Below are positions 34,500-35,618 of a DNA stretch of 35,618 nt, one piece after another; positions within the stretch are counted from its first letter, which is position 1, and each line of letters opens with the position of its first letter. The notes beneath the pieces are model-generated. The model was not told the origin of the DNA and searched no databases. It saw nothing but the letters and a program-made list of their open reading frames with translations. Position numbers and translations under genes: made by a program. Location: IMG/VR virus record IMGVR_UViG_3300023222_000045, positions 1 through 35,618 of that record. One strand, given 5' to 3'. Source of the stretch: a virus. Its lineage: Duplodnaviria > Caudoviricetes.

Positions 34500-34679
34500 A
34501 TGAAAACAGTAAAACAACAAGCCTATGAACTGGTTAATAAGTTCCAATCAAAACAACACGCTTTAACTTGTGTTGGCGTTATAATAGATTTAATAAAAGA
34601 AGAACAGCCTAGAAAGTTTCAAGAGTCGCTTATTAATTGGTGGAATCAGGTTATGGTAGAAATAAACAAAGCTAAATAA
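34500..34679 (+). CDS. Hypothetical protein (likely start MKTVKQQ), paralog of 4244..4459
   Basis: AAAACTAAATAAG leader; shared motif pattern. Confidence 0.7.
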   Translation: MKTVKQQAYELVNKFQSKQHALTCVGVIIDLIKEEQPRKFQESLINWWNQVMVEINKAK

Positions 34680-34680
34680 T

Positions 34681-34899
34681 ATGAAACATAAAGAAGTATT
34701 TACAACAGAGGGACTAGATAATAATATTACTAAGCTAATTAAAAGAATTAAAAGAGCTAAGATAAAACGAACAATAGTGTATATCTGTTTTCTTATACCT
34801 ATAATATGCATTCCTTTAGTATATCAAATGGGTGTTTTATTACTTTTTATCTGGTATATCTTAACCTTCTTGTTATCATGGTGGCTTTTTAATGATTAA
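34681..34899 (+). CDS. Small two-TM membrane protein
   Basis: Basic N-terminus and hydrophobic C-terminal half. Confidence 0.65.
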   Translation: MKHKEVFTTEGLDNNITKLIKRIKRAKIKRTIVYICFLIPIICIPLVYQMGVLLLFIWYILTFLLSWWLFND

Positions 34900-35618
34900 A
34901 CAGGTATTAAATTACCCTGTGAATCTCTTTTAGGTATTATTGCAACCGTACACCTACAGTTTATTACATTCCCTGCGCTTCCTTTTGGATCGCCTGGAAA
35001 CATCATTTTCTGACCCGATACATTGAACGCTTCGTCAACTCCTACTTTTACCTGATTCATTGAATGATGGTTAAAGTGTGATTCTGGCGGGCGTCTTGTT
35101 CTTGCGTCTAGCGTGCTAATCCAAACCTTTTCATTCTCAAACCCGCTAACCCTACTCGATACTGTTGCTGAGTAGTTTGCTGCTGTTGTGGTTTCTGTAC
35201 GTGCTATTCTCATAGCTTGCCACCTGTAAAAGTCTCTACGGTTTACAAATCTCTCTAGCTCTGTAGATATTTCGCTCATGCTCTTGCCGTCTTCGATACC
35301 TATACCAATAATTTGCTTAATGTATTCTAGATAAGTTTCTCTTACTGTTACTATTCTACTTGCCCCATTCCTAAACAACCATGTTAATAAGTCCCTTTGA
35401 AACACGCTAATAAACTCACTAATAGTAAATGCTTTCAATTGTCTGTTAATATCTTTGCCAACTCTCTTGCCGTAGTCGGATCCAATAGCGAAATAAACAT
35501 CGAAGTAAGCTGTATTCATAGCCTCGATATTTGTAGCGTTATCAATCAACACACTAAAGTTGTCTTCTGTCAACAAAGAAAAGGGTATATTATTACCCCA
35601 TTGTTTAAACGTCTTTAG
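34896..35618 (-). CDS. Mu gpF-like minor head/morphogenesis protein (3' part)
   Basis: AMRIARTET, KVWIST.D.RTR...H, PGDP.G.AGNVINCRC. Confidence 0.88.
   Translation of the reverse strand, partial: LKTFKQWGNNIPFSLLTEDNFSVLIDNATNIEAMNTAYFDVYFAIGSDYGKRVGKDINRQLKAFTISEFISVFQRDLLTWLFRNGASRIVTVRETYLEYIKQIIGIGIEDGKSMSEISTELERFVNRRDFYRWQAMRIARTETTTAANYSATVSSRVSGFENEKVWISTLDARTRRPPESHFNHHSMNQVKVGVDEAFNVSGQKMMFPGDPKGSAGNVINCRCTVAIIPKRDSQGNLIPV
35475..35618. repeat. Terminal direct repeat copy 2
   Basis: Identical to 1-144. Confidence 0.95.

Larger units (their letters stand above)
1..35618 (-). mobile_element. Complete bacteriophage genome (siphovirus-like, probable Flavobacteriaceae host)
   Basis: Full head, neck, tail, lysis and replication modules; terminal redundancy; Bacteroidetes-type promoter motifs. 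Confidence 0.93.

Overview
Complete, circularly permuted genome of a tailed dsDNA siphovirus. Positions 1-144 are repeated exactly at 35475-35618, so the unit length is about 35,474 bp. It is AT-rich and almost entirely coded on the minus strand. The host is probably a Bacteroidetes/Flavobacteriaceae bacterium, judging by TAnnTTTG-type promoters, A-rich leaders without Shine-Dalgarno sites and a DUF3127-type SSB. Minus-strand gene order: terS, terL, portal, small ORF, Mu gpF-like head protein (spanning the junction), a two-gene plus-strand insert, HK97 protease, major capsid, neck genes, three extra structural genes, tail terminator, tail tube, G/GT chaperones with a -1 frameshift, tape measure, a plus-strand lipoprotein, tail tip/fibre genes and lysis genes. 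A non-coding stretch follows, then early genes (pentapeptide repeat protein, C5 methyltransferase, HTH regulator, SSB, HNH, replication initiator, DnaB-like helicase, RusA) and many small ORFs. I saw no integrase, polymerase, reverse transcriptase, tRNA or CRISPR array. The most notable signals are: (1) two tandem promoter-to-terminator small-RNA cassettes after the lysis genes, carrying sequence antisense to start-codon/leader motifs; (2) an exact 20-bp palindrome-containing operator inside five promoters; (3) an 11-aa peptide shared, with only synonymous changes, by a small head-module ORF and the tape-measure C-terminus; (4) a ~27-aa motif appended to two different virion proteins; (5) several structured intergenic RNA candidates, including a kissing-loop leader upstream of the replication genes. 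All product calls come from motif recognition and synteny, not database searches.
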